A stretch of 64,000 nt of DNA, from positions 21,700,001-21,764,000 of the forward strand of contig OZ365118.1 of the NCBI GenBank assembly GCA_977030845.1, given 5' to 3'. The position numbers and the translations under genes are program-made. Source of the DNA: Fimbriosthenelais zetlandica. Lineage: Eukaryota. Below the pieces are notes generated by a model that made no database searches, had not been told where the DNA came from, and was given only the letters and a program-made list of their open reading frames with translations. Below, one piece after another: positions 26,296-38,965 of the stretch. Within the stretch, counting starts at the first letter, position 1. The number at the start of each line of letters is the position of its first letter.

Positions 26296-26314
26296 AAATG
26301 TCTACATACCTCAG
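26296..26314 (+). other. Candidate 19-nt microexon of an unannotated plus-strand transcript
   Basis: cttttctctttacag|AAATGTCTACATACCTCAG|gtaagt: strong pyrimidine tract with CAG acceptor and a consensus donor. Confidence 0.5.
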
Positions 26315-26389
26315 GTAAGTCTTATATTCTATGGATTTTTGGAAGATCCAATAATGAATATGTAATGCCCTAGGCTCCCCTTATGAAGG

Positions 26390-26607
26390 AGGTACAGTTT
26401 ATCTTTGGTTTGATAGTTCAGTTTTAGGTACAGTTCAGCTTTGGTTTGATAGTTCAGTTTTAGGTACAATTCAGCTTTGGTTTGATAGTTCAGTTTTAGG
26501 TACAATTCAGCTTTGGTTTGATAGTTCGGTTTTAGGTACAATTCAGCTTTGGTTTGATAGTTCGGTTTTAGGTACAATTCAGCTTTGGTTTGATAGTTCA
26601 GTTTTAG
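26390..26607. repeat. 36-bp minisatellite, about 6 copies
   Basis: ggtacaattcagctttggtttgatagttcagtttta; produces the repetitive minus ORF 26329-26577. Confidence 0.95.
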
Positions 26608-27186
26608 TGGGACTCGGTCCCATGCTCTCTATACGAACTAGTTTATCAACCTAAACATGGTTATACCAACTGATATTTCAAATGCTACCAACGTTTTTAG
26701 GTTTACCACCTACAAGCACAGTCAACATCTAGCATTTTTTAGTTTATCATGGGTAAAGTATAGGGTCAATTTCCCTTCCTCATTTCATATTTCAACTTTC
26801 ATGTTATAAACTGTGACCAATTAGATTCCATACAATTGTCATTTCCTTATCCAACCCTCGCTTTCTTATATGCCAATTAAGGCAATTTTAGTCAAATGTT
26901 CATATCAGAACTGAATCAACAAATTCCCTCAGCCATCAGTATGTATCCCCACATTCATATTGTCCTATACATGACTTATGACATGACATCAAAAAGAATT
27001 CAAATTTCGTAAACATGTACACGTTGGCTATAATACACTAGAATCAGGAACCCCAGTCAACATTTATGTGTTTGGTTTTAGAGCGCATATAAATGCGTGC
27101 ATATAAATACAAGGCGCTTAGAATAATAAAATAATATCGCATGAATTCATGATAACCTGCACATTATAAATTATATACATTGACAA

Positions 27187-27495
27187 TTTATCCCGAGCTC
27201 ACTGGGCTCTCATAAGTTGATAATGTATCCCGAGCACACTGGGCTCTCATTTATCCCGAGCTCACTGGGCTCTCATAAATTGGTTATTATCCCGAGCTCA
27301 CTGGGCTCTCATAAATTGGTTATTATCCCGAGCTCACTGGGCTCTCATAAATTGGTTATTATCCCGAGCTCACTGGGCTCTCATAAATTGATAATGTACC
27401 CCGAGCTCACTGGGCTCTCATACATTGGTTATTATCCCGAGCATACTTGGCTCTCATTTTTCCCGAGCTCACTGGGCTCTCATAAGTTAGTAATG
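27187..27495. repeat. 36-bp tandem expansion (about 8 copies) of the hairpin-core motif atcccgagctcactgggctctcataa
   Basis: Directly visible; same motif as the single-copy hairpin cores further right. Confidence 0.93.
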
Positions 27496-29944
27496 TATAT
27501 GTTGCCAAGAGATTGGCTTAAACAAGAGATTATCACGACACAAATGTTTAGACCAAAATATAGTGTGAAAAAGAACAAGTATTGCAACGAAAGTCATAGC
27601 AAATCAGCCCAAACACCCTGATCATTTCCCCTACCTTCAACAGATTCCCCATACCTATAGTGATACAAGCAGTGCACCCTATACACGCATCAGCTTGGGT
27701 TCTTCACTTGAGATTGCCTGAATCTGTGAAAAACTTTCATTTTGTTATGATACATATGCCCTCTTCTGGCTTCAAGATTAAACTCCTAGTTGACACCAAT
27801 AATGTTTCTACAACTCCTGTCCCCTGTCCCCCAACACATCCAACTTTCTCAACCAAATGATTCAATGGCTTCTTCGCCATCTGACATTTCGTCAGTCTCA
27901 GTCCCTTTTTCCATCCAAATGAGAGACACATAAATATATATCATATTACATTGACTTCTCTGTCACACATTAGCTAGCATTTTAGCTGCTTTTGAACATT
28001 TGTTTGGCTTCTTTTTGAGATTGGGTGGCTTCTTCGTCATATATTAGCTCACATGATTGGCTAGTATGCCATATTATATTCTGTCAGATAATTTCCTAGC
28101 CCCTCATTATGAACCTCAGTAAAAGGAATATATATCATATATCATTGACTTCATTGTCACACATTAGCTAGCTTTTTAGCTGCTTTTGGACCTTACTTTG
28201 GCATCTTCGCCTTTTTGGGATTGGATGGCTTCTCACCATGTAATATTGACTGGTTTACCACCATATAATATTAACTTACATTATAACTGGGCAACTCTGC
28301 CATATAACATTGACTTCATTGTCATTCATTAGCTAGCATTTTTAGCTGCTTTTGGACCTTAGTTTGGCATCTTTGCCTTTGGAGATTGGGTGGCTATATT
28401 GCCGTATATTTGGCTGGTGTTACACCTTATAACTTAAATTATAACTGAATGGCAGCTCTGCCATATTACATTCTGTCAGATAATTTCCAAGTTCTAGCCC
28501 CTCATTATGAACCCCAGTAAAAGGAATATATATCATATATCATTGACTTCATTATTATACATTAGCTAGCATTTTAGCTGCTTTTGGACCTAACTTTGGC
28601 ATCTTCGCCTTTTTGGGATTGGATGGCTTCTCACCATGTAATATTGACTGGTTTTTCACCATATAATATTAACTTATATTATAACTGAATGGCAACTCTG
28701 CCATATAACATTGACTTCATTGTCACAGATTATCTAGCATTTTGGCTGCTTTTGGACCTTGATTTGGCATCTTCGCCTTTTGAGGTTGGGTGGCTATTTT
28801 TCCATATAATATTGACTGGTTTTTAACCAGATAATATTACCTTATATTATAACTTAATGTCAACTCTGCCATATATCATTGACTTCATTGTCATACATTA
28901 GCAAGCATTTATAGCTGCTTTTGGACCTTAGTTTGGCGTCTTCGCCTTATGGGATTGGGTGGCAGTTTGGCTCTTTGCCCTTTGAGATTGGCTGGCTACT
29001 TTGCCATATAATATTGACTAACATGAAATAGAGTATTGAATCACTGACTGGCTTCACTGCCATCTTACATTCTGTCAGATTAGTCCCTAATCCCAGCCCC
29101 TGACAACACTGACTTTGCCAATTGAGATTTCAATCTCTGAACCGTTTTCTTTATACATACAATTAAATATTGACCTTCCTTTAGCTACAACATCAAGTTC
29201 ACTTCATGATTATAAATGATACGAGTAAAAACTGTACAAGTATAAGAAAATGTCATTTTCAGTAGCTTTTCACCTGTGATATAAGATAAATATGGCTACA
29301 ATTTGCCTATTCACTACCCCTCACCCTTCCCGATTATTGTTGTGCATGAATATGAATGCCTATGTATATGCGTGACACAATATAAGCGACAGTGGATCTT
29401 AGAACAACAGAAATGCTATAAGTTGAAGATACTAAAAATCTTAAAGTATATCATTATACATTTACAGCTTATCCTGAGCACGCTAGGATCTCATAAGTTG
29501 GTAATGTTTAAGACATAATATATGGCATAGTGTAAATCAAGAAATGAATAACTGGAAAAGTGACAATTATTATGATGACAGACGGTGAGCAGGAATTACC
29601 TTTAAAACCCAAGTATTGCAGTTAAGTAAAACAGTCACCAAAAACAAAAAGATATTTATCACAGTATAATGGTCCCAACAACATATATTGCACATATGAT
29701 AAAATCAACCAATACTGACTACCATTTAACGATTCTGTGTCATGTACATTTGCTTTCTAAACCATCCCATCAACATTGAATGCTTTCTTTAATCATGAAC
29801 CTGGCTTCTTTGCCGCGATATTAGCTTCTGAATCATAGAACATTGAACGTTATTTAGCCATGAGTCTAGCTTCTTTGCCAGGTGGCAAACTTGAGACATT
29901 GAATGGTTGTCCATTCATGAAGATGGCTTCTTTGCCTTGCCATT

Positions 29945-30900
29945 GTAACTGTCACATAGCTTCTTGCTATGCAACTGTCACTGGCTTCTTGCTATGCAAC
30001 TGTCACATGCTTCTTGCTATGCAACTGTCACTGGCTTCTTTGCTCTGCAACTGTCACTTGCTTCTTGCTATGTAACCGTCACATGCTTCTTGCTATGCAA
30101 CTGTCACTGGCTTCTTGCTATGTAACTGTCACATGCTTCTTGCTATGTAACCGTCACATGCTTCTTGCTATGCAACTGTCACTGGCTTCTTGCTATGCAA
30201 CTGTCACTGGCTTCTTGCTATGTAACCGTCACATGCTTCTTGCTATGCAACTGTCACTGGCTTCTTGCTATGTAACCGTCACATGCTTCTTGCTATGCAA
30301 CTGTCACTGGCTTCTTGCTATGCAACTGTCACTGGCTTCTTGCTATGCAACTGTCACTGGCTTCTTGCTATGTAACTGTCACATGCTTCTTGCTATGCAA
30401 CTGTCACATGCTTCTTGCTATGCAACTGTCACTGGCTTCTTTGCCCTGCAACTGTTATATGCTTCTTGCTATGTAACAGTCACTGGCTTCTTTGCCCTGC
30501 AACTGTTACATGCTTCTTGCTATGCAACTGTCACATGCTTCTTGCTATGCAACTGTCACTGGCTTCTTTGCCCTGCAACTGTTATATGCTTCTTGCTATG
30601 CAACTGTCACTGACTTCTTGCTATGTAACCGTCACATGCTTCTTGCTATGCAACTGTCACTGGCTTCTTGCTATGTAACCGTCAAATGCTTCTTGCTATG
30701 CAACTGTCACTGGCTTCTTGCTATGTAACTGTCACATGATTCTTGCTATGCAACTGTCACTGGCTTCTTGCTATGTAACTGTCACATGCTTCTTGCTATG
30801 TAACTGTCACATGATTCTTGCTATGCGACTCTCACTGACTTCTTGCTATGCAACTGTCACATGCTTCTTGCTATGCAACTGTCACTGGCTTTCTTGCCAT
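29945..30900. repeat. 25-bp minisatellite, about 38 copies
   Basis: gctatgcaactgtcactggcttctt and variants (accgtcacatgc, actgtcacatgc). Explains ORFs 29860-30915, whose translation repeats every 25 aa. Confidence 0.97.
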
Positions 30901-31599
30901 GTACCTGCCCTGTAAAAGTGAACTGCTTTTCATGTATGAATATAGTAGTCATAATTATAGAGAATGGCTTTCTTGCCATATAATATTCGCCACTATAGGC
31001 TTTTGAATCATAGAATGACTTCTTAGCCTTATGTCAGATCATTCATTAGGTACAACAGGTATCAACCCCTCAGGATAAACCCCAACAAAGGAAATTATTA
31101 TACAAATAAAAACTGTACAAGAACATCATAGACTGTAGATATGCTACAGATTAAAAAATATATCGTTAGACATTGGCAGCCTATCCCGAGCACGCTGGGC
31201 TCTCATAAGTTGGCAGCCTATCCCGAGCACGCTGGGCTCTCATAAGTTGGTAATGTACAAGATATAGAAACATATGTAAGTCAGGATCTTCACAAGTCAA
31301 ATATTGACACTAACAAATATTGGTGAGATGCTGACACTTCAATAGTAGGAACTAGTAGGTATTGGACCTAAACATACACGTTCAAACAAGTGATATTCAT
31401 GATAAAAGACCCACCATGACCAAGTCAGTATCTGTTGATACTGTCAGTATCAATCAGTATTGTACTGTAAATCTATCTATTGTACGTCATAGCCTTATGA
31501 CATGAAATGGCTTCTAAGCCACACAGATTATCATCAAAACCATAGAACATTGACTGCCATGCTACTGGCTTCCTCCCTATATCTAATTGGCATCTTTGC

Positions 31600-32070
31600 C
31601 CTAGCCATACAAACCCTTGGGCCATGGTGCCCTAGCCATACCAACCCTTGGGATATGGTGCCCTAGCCATTCAAACCCTTTGGCCTATGGTGCCCCAGCC
31701 ATACAAACTTTTGGCTTCATAGCCTTATAACATGAAATGGCTTCTAAGCCACACAGATTATCATCCAAACCATAGAACATTGACTGCCATGATACTGGCT
31801 TCCTCCCTATATCTAATTGGCTTCTTTGCCATGGTGCCCTAGCAATACAAACCCTTTGGCCTATGGTGCCCTAGCCATACAAACCCTTGGGCAATGGTGC
31901 CCTAGCCATACAAACCCTTGGGCAATGGTGCCCTAGCCATACAAACCCTTGGGCAATGGTGCCCTAGCCATACAAACCCTTGGGCAATGGTGCCCTAGCC
32001 ATACAAACCCTTGGGCTATGGTGCTTAGTAGGCATTCAAACCCTTTGGCCTATGGTGCCCGAGCCATACA
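31600..32070. repeat. 31-bp minisatellite blocks inside a macro-unit
   Basis: atggtgccctagccatacaaacccttgggca, period 31 (31863 vs 31894). Confidence 0.93.
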
Positions 32071-33337
32071 AACTTTTTGGGCTATTTGATTTTGCCTTCT
32101 TGCCAAACAATTGCTTCTGAGCTATTTGACATTTGTTTCTTAACCATGTCAGATTGACAGGCTATATATGAATATCTTTATTATGAGACTATCGTTCTCA
32201 ACTTTCAAGTTGGCTTCTTTGCCATTTTGTGGTATACATTTAAAACCTATGCCATATAAAATTTGCTTTGTTAGCCATAATACCCATAGTTTTGGCTGTG
32301 ATTGAGTGTGATTGCTTTCCAAGCCACACAAGATTGTTTGCTTCTTAGCAATTTGACATTTACTTCCAACATATTGGTTGCATTCTGTCATATAATATTG
32401 ACTGGCGTCTATGCTTTTTTGCCAGTAAACATGCAGTCAGCATGCCATATACATATCAATACCATCTGAATTCACCAGCAGCGCAGGTGAGATGGAAATG
32501 AATCACAAATATTGTGATTGTGAGTTCTGTAGAGTGCAACACACCCGACCCACACTAACTCCCAACATGGCGGCCAGCACAGCATGCTGGACCAGGGAGT
32601 GGAAATATGAGAAAAAATCTGTATATACATCAACGTTTTCTTAACTCATGACTGGCATCTAATATGCCATGTAAAAGTGAATTGCTTTTCATGTATGAAT
32701 ATAGTAGTCATAATTATAGAGAATGGCTTTCTTGCCATATAATATTCGCCACTATAGGCTTTTGAATCATAGAATGACTTATGTCAGATCATTCATTAGG
32801 TACAACACGTATCAACCCCTCAGGATAAACCCCAACAAAAGAAATTATTATACAAATAAAACCTGTGCAAGAACATCATAGACTGAAGATATCCTAGAAA
32901 TTAAAAAAATATATCGTTAGACATTGACAGCCTATCCCGAGCACGCTGGGCTCTCATAAATTGGTAATGTACAAGATATAGAAACATATGTGAGACAGGA
33001 TCTTCACAAGTAAAATATTGACAGTAACAAATATTGGTGAGATGCTTACACTTCAATAGTGGGAACTAGTAAGTATTGGACCTAAACATACACACATCAA
33101 TTACAAACAAGTTATATTCATGATAAAAGACCCACCATGACCATGTCAGATACTGTCAGTATCAATCATTGTTTTCATTAAGGAACAATCAGTATTGTAC
33201 TGTAAATCTATCTATTGTAGCGTCATAGCCATATGACATGAAATGGCTTCTAAGCCATACAGATTATCATCAAAACCATAGAACATTAACTGCCATGATA
33301 CTGGCTTCCTCCCTATATCTAATTGGCTTCTTTGCCA

Positions 33338-33670
33338 TGGTGCCCTAGCCATACAAACCCTTGGGCCATGGTGCCCTAGCCATACAAACCCTTGGGCCAT
33401 GGTGCCCTAGCCTTACAAACCCTTGGGCCATGGTTCCCTAGCCATACAAACCCTTGGGCCATGGTTCCCTAGCCATACAAACCCTTGGGCAATGGTGCCC
33501 TAGCCATACAAACCCTTGGGCCATGGTGCCCTAGCCATACAAACCCTTGGGCCATGGTGCCCTAGCCATACAAACCCTTGGGCTATGGTGCCCTAGCCAT
33601 ACAAACCCTTGGGCTATGGTGCCCTAGCCATTCAAACCCTTTGGCCTATGGTGCCCGAGCCATACAAACA
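33338..33670. repeat. 31-bp minisatellite (about 10 copies) inside the next macro-unit
   Basis: Same unit as 31600-32070; shorter blocks also at about 34905-35000, 36240-36340 and 36870-36990. Confidence 0.93.
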
Positions 33671-36600
33671 TATGGGCTATTTGATTTTGCCTTCTTGCCA
33701 AACAATTGCTTCTGAGCTATTTGACATTTGTTTCTCAACCATGTCAGATTGACAGGCTATATATGAATATCTTTATTATGAGACTATCGTTCTCAACTTT
33801 CAAGTTGGCTTCTTTGCCATTTTGTGGTATACATTTAAAACCTATGCCATATAAAATTTGCTTTGTTAGCCATAATACCCATAGTTTTGGCTGTGATTGA
33901 GTGTGATTGCTTTCCAAGCCACACAAGATTGTTTGCTTCTTAGCAATTTGACATTTGCTTCCAACATATTGGTTGCATTCTATGTCGTATAATATTGACT
34001 GGCTTCTATGCCTTTATGCCAGTAAACATGCAGTCAGCATGCCATATACATATCAATACCATCTGAATTCACCAGCAGCGCAGGTGAGATGGAAATTGAT
34101 GAAAATATTGTGATTGTGAGTTCTGTAGAGTGCAACACACCCGACCCACACTAACTCCCAACATGGCGGCCAGCACAGCATGCTCAGCCAGGGAGTGAAA
34201 TAGGAGAAAAAATCTTTATACATCAGCGTTTTCTTAACTCATGACTGGCTTCTAATATGCCATGTAAAAGTGAATTGCATTTCATGTATGACCATAGTAG
34301 TCATAATTATAGAGAATGGCTTTCTTGCCATATAATATTCGCCACTATGGCTTTTGAATCATAGAATGGCTTCTTAGCCTTATGTCAGATCATTCATTAG
34401 GTACAACAGGTATCAACCCCTCAGGATAAACCCCAACAAAAGAAATTATTATACAATTAAAAAGTGTACAAGAACATCATAGACTGAAGATATCCTAGAA
34501 ATTAAAAAATATATCGTTAGACATTGGCAGCCTATCCCGAGCACGCTGGGCTCTCATAAGTTGGTAATGTACAAGATATAGAAACATATATAAAGTAAAA
34601 TATTGACAGTACATGTAACAAATATTGGTGAGATTCTTACACTTCAATAGTGGAAACTAGTAAGTATTGGACCTAAACATACACACATCAATTACAAACA
34701 AGTGATATTCATGATAAAAGACCCACCATGACCATGTCAGATACTGTCAGTATCAATCATTGTTTATAATAAGTTTTCCTAAGTGGCTTCATCGCCTTAT
34801 AACATGAAATGGCATCTAAGCCCCACAGATTTTCATCCAAACCATAGAACATTGACTGCCATGATACTGGCTTCCTCCCTATATCTAATTGGCTTCTTTG
34901 CCATGGTGCCCTAGCAATACAAATCCTTGGGCTAAACCCTTGGCCTATGGTGCCCAAGCCAGACAAACCCTTTGGCCTATGGCGCCCCAGCCACACAAAC
35001 CCTTGATTTTGGGCTATTTAATATTACCTTCTTGCAACACAATTGTACTTAGCTTCTGAGCTATTTGACATTTGCTTCTAAACCATGTCAGATTGACTGA
35101 CTATTATATCAATATCTTTATTATGAGACTATCGTTCTCAACTTTTGATTTGGCTTCTTTGCCATTTTGTATCAGACATTATAAACCTTCTATGCCATAT
35201 AAATTTTGTTTTATTTCTCAGCCATAATAGTCATAGTTTTGGCTGTCTATGAGTGTGCTTTCCAAGCCACACAAGATTTTTTGCTTCTTAGCAATTTGAC
35301 ATTTGCTTCCAACATATTGGTTGCATCCTATGCCATATAATATTGACTGGCTTCTATATATATATGCCTTTATGCCATGCAAAATTGATTGGCTTTATTT
35401 TACAATTTGGAAACTTACCTTTATAAAGTAAGTTGCAGTAAACATGGCATATAAATATCAATACCATCTGTATTCACCAGCAGCGCAGGTGAGATGGAAA
35501 TTGATAAATCTGCTTTCTAGCTCAGTGGCTTAATAGCCATGACACAAAATATACTTTTTATTTGGGAACTAATCCACTAAGTTGGGCATCTAACATGCCA
35601 TGTAAAAATGAATTGCTTTTCATGTATGAATACAGTAGTATATGAGACTGGCTTTCTTGCCATATAACATTGAGTGGCTTCACCACTATAGGCTTTTGCA
35701 TCACTGAGTGGCTTCCTAGCCTTACGAGTCATGATAAACCCCTAACACCCAACTGCAGACGATGGGATCTGCTACAGATTTAAATATATCCTTAGACATT
35801 GGCAGCCTATCCTGAGCACGCTGGGCTCTCATAAGTTGGTAATGTACAAGATATAGAAACATATGCGAGTCAGTCAGTAAAATATTGACAGTAACACATA
35901 TTGGTGAGACACTTCAATAGTGGGAACTAGTATTGGACCTAAACGAATAGCTAACATTAACACACACATTAATTACAAACAAGTGATATTGATGATAAAA
36001 GACCCACCATGACCATGTCAGATACTGTCAGTATCAATCATTGTGTTCATTAAGGAACAATCTGTATTGTACTGTAAATCTATTGTATCATTACCTTCTA
36101 TACAAGTGTTTGTCTTCCTACGTGGCTTCATAGCCTTATGACATGAAATGGCTTCTAAGCCACACAGATTTTCATCCAAACCATAGAACATTGACTGCCA
36201 TGATACTGGCTTCCTCCCTATATCTGACTGGCTTCTTTGCCATGGTGCCCTAGCAATACAAATCCTTGGGCTAAACCCTTGGCCTATGGTGTCCTAGCCA
36301 TACAAACCCTTTGGCCTATAGTGCCCCAGCCATACAAACCCTTGATTTTGGGCTATTTGATATTACCTTCTTGCAACTCATTTGTACTTAGCGTCTGAGC
36401 TATTTGACATTTGTTTCTTAACCATGTCAGATTGACTGACTATTATATCAATATCTTTATTATGAGACTATCGTTCTCAACTTTTGATTTGTTTCATAGC
36501 CTTATACCATGAAATGGCTTCTAAAGCCATACAGATTATCATCAAAACCATAGAACATTGACAGCCATGATACTGGCTTCCTCCCTATATCAGACTGGTG

Positions 36601-38769
36601 CCCTAGCCATACAAACCCTTTGATTTTGGCCTATTTGATATTACCTTCTTGCAACTCATTTGTACTTAGCGTCTGAGCTATTTGACATTTGTTTCTTAAC
36701 CATGTTAGACTGACAGGCTATATATGAATATCCTTATTATGAGACTATCGCTCTCAACTTTCAAGTTGGCTTCTTTGCCATTTTGTGGTGTACATTAAAA
36801 GCCTTCTATGCCATATAACTGCCATGATACTGGCTTCCTCCCTATATCAGATTGGCTTCTTTGCCAGACAAACCCTTGGGCTATGGTGCCCTAGCCATAC
36901 AAATCCTTGGGCTAAACCCTTGGCTTATGGTGTCCTAGCCAGACAAACCCTTTGGCCTATTGTGCCCTAGCCATACAAACTCTTCATTTTGGGCTATTGG
37001 ATTTTGCCTTCTTGCTACACAGTGTTACTTAGCGTCTGAGCTATTTAACATTTGTTTCTTAACCATGTCAGATTGACTGACTATATCAATATCTTTCTTA
37101 TGAGACTATCGTTCTCAACTTTCAAGTTGGCTTCTTTGCCATTTTGTATCATACATTATAAACCTTCTATGCCATATATAATGTTTTGTTTCTCAGCCAT
37201 AATACCCATAGTTTTGACTGTGTATGAGTGTGCTTTCCAAGCCACACAAGATTGATTGCTTCTTAGCAATTTGACATTTGCTTCCAACATATTGGTTGTA
37301 ATATGTCATGTAATATTGACTGGCTTCTATGCCTTTATGCCATGTAAAATTGACTGGCTTTATTTTACAATTTGGAAACTTACCTTTATAAAGTAAGTTG
37401 CAGTAAGCATGCCATATAAATATCAATACCATCTGAATTCACCGGCAGCGCAGGTGACATGGAAATTGATGAATCACAAATATTGTGATTGTGAGTTCTG
37501 TAGAGTGCAGCACACTCGACCCACAGTAACTCCCAACATGGCGGCCAGCACAGCATGCTGGGCCAGGGAGTGGAAAACATGAAAATGAGGAAAACCTCTG
37601 ATATATGGCTTCTAACTGTATTAGTTTGGCTTCTATAAGGCATGCCATGTGAGAATGATTTCGTGGATCACAATGTAAATGCCTCCTTAGACAAAACACT
37701 GATCCCATAACCTTGTAATAGTGACTGGCTTCTATGCCATGTAAGCGTCACTTGACTTTCTAATATATGAATATATTCTGAGCATATAAGTACATTCTGA
37801 TCACTCACCATTAGTTAATACAAGTATCAAAGTCCCTTTATAAAACCCAGTGAAAGAAACATGAGAATCAAGTATGAGAACACATTAAAAAAGTTTGAGA
37901 ACAAATTAAACCTGTGTGAAAATACTATTCTACATCTATGATATGACATAATTGAGCTATTCTATAAATTAGGAAGCTCTAGTTATTGGTTTTGTTGAAT
38001 AGGTACATGAATGTTTATATGTGGCTAGCCTATATGATCTAGAAGGTTACAAAGGCTCCGCCCTGTTCCTGGAACAGAGGGATGGATGCTCTATCATGTA
38101 TGTGGCAATGAGCGCAAATGGCGCGTGGAATAAAACATGTCAGAGATTGAAGAAGTGAGAAGATTATATCTTTGACATTGACATCTTATCCTGAGCACGC
38201 CAGGCTCTCATAAGTTGGTAATGTTTAAGACATATTAAACAAATGATACTGCTAAATTATCATGACATTGACAAACAATGACGAGAAGAAAATATAGAGG
38301 TAGTAAGTGATGCACCCAATAAAAACCTCGAATACATACAACAAAGCGATATTTATGAGACCCACATTGACCATTTTATATAGCCTTCATTTGAAGGCGA
38401 CCATTTGTATCAATAATTTTCATTTTGATATTATTTCTCTGATAGTAAAGACTATCCTCAACCGAGTTTCTCTTTGCCATTTTCTCTATAGTATGAATGA
38501 TTCCCATTGAATGATTCCCCTATAACCATACAAGTTAGACTGGCTTTCTAGCTCAGTGCAATAACTGGCTCCATAGCCATGACACGAAATACTCTTTAGT
38601 TGACCACTAACAGATTGGCCACACTTCTATAAGCCATACAGATTGGCCACACCTCTTTTAAGCCATGTATATTGGCGTCCCAACTCTCCTTAGACATATG
38701 GCATGTCATTCCTATCTATCAGATGGCTTCTTTGCCATGATGTAACACCGATTTCTAAACCATGTAACA

Positions 38770-38965
38770 TTGATAGGCTTCTAAGCCATACTGAGCTGAC
38801 TTGGCTTCTAAGCCATACTGAGCTGACTTGGCTTCTAGGCCATACTGAACTGACTTGGCTTCTAAGCCATACTGAAGCTGACTTGGCTTCTAAGCCATAC
38901 TGAAGCTGACTTGGCTTCTAAGCCATACTGAAGCTGAACTGACTTGGCTTCTAAGCCATACTGAA
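38770..38965. repeat. 24-29-bp tandem repeat ttggcttctaagccatactga(a)gctgac, about 7 copies
   Basis: Directly visible; each unit contains TGGC-TTCTAA-GCCA or a close variant. Confidence 0.93.

Noticed and set aside
26329-27621. Repeat-peptide ORFs (LYLKPNYQTKAE)n and (IIPSSLGSHKLV)n
   Set aside because: 36-bp minisatellites that happen to lack stops; no supporting gene structure.
29860-30915. Cys-rich ORFs resembling metallothionein or keratin-associated proteins
   Set aside because: Artefact of a 25-bp repeat read through all three frames.
31170-34570. Assignment of the hairpin to a known miRNA family (miR-34-like UGGCAG, miR-22/745-like GCUGCC)
   Set aside because: The seed matches are imperfect and fall on positions that vary among copies.
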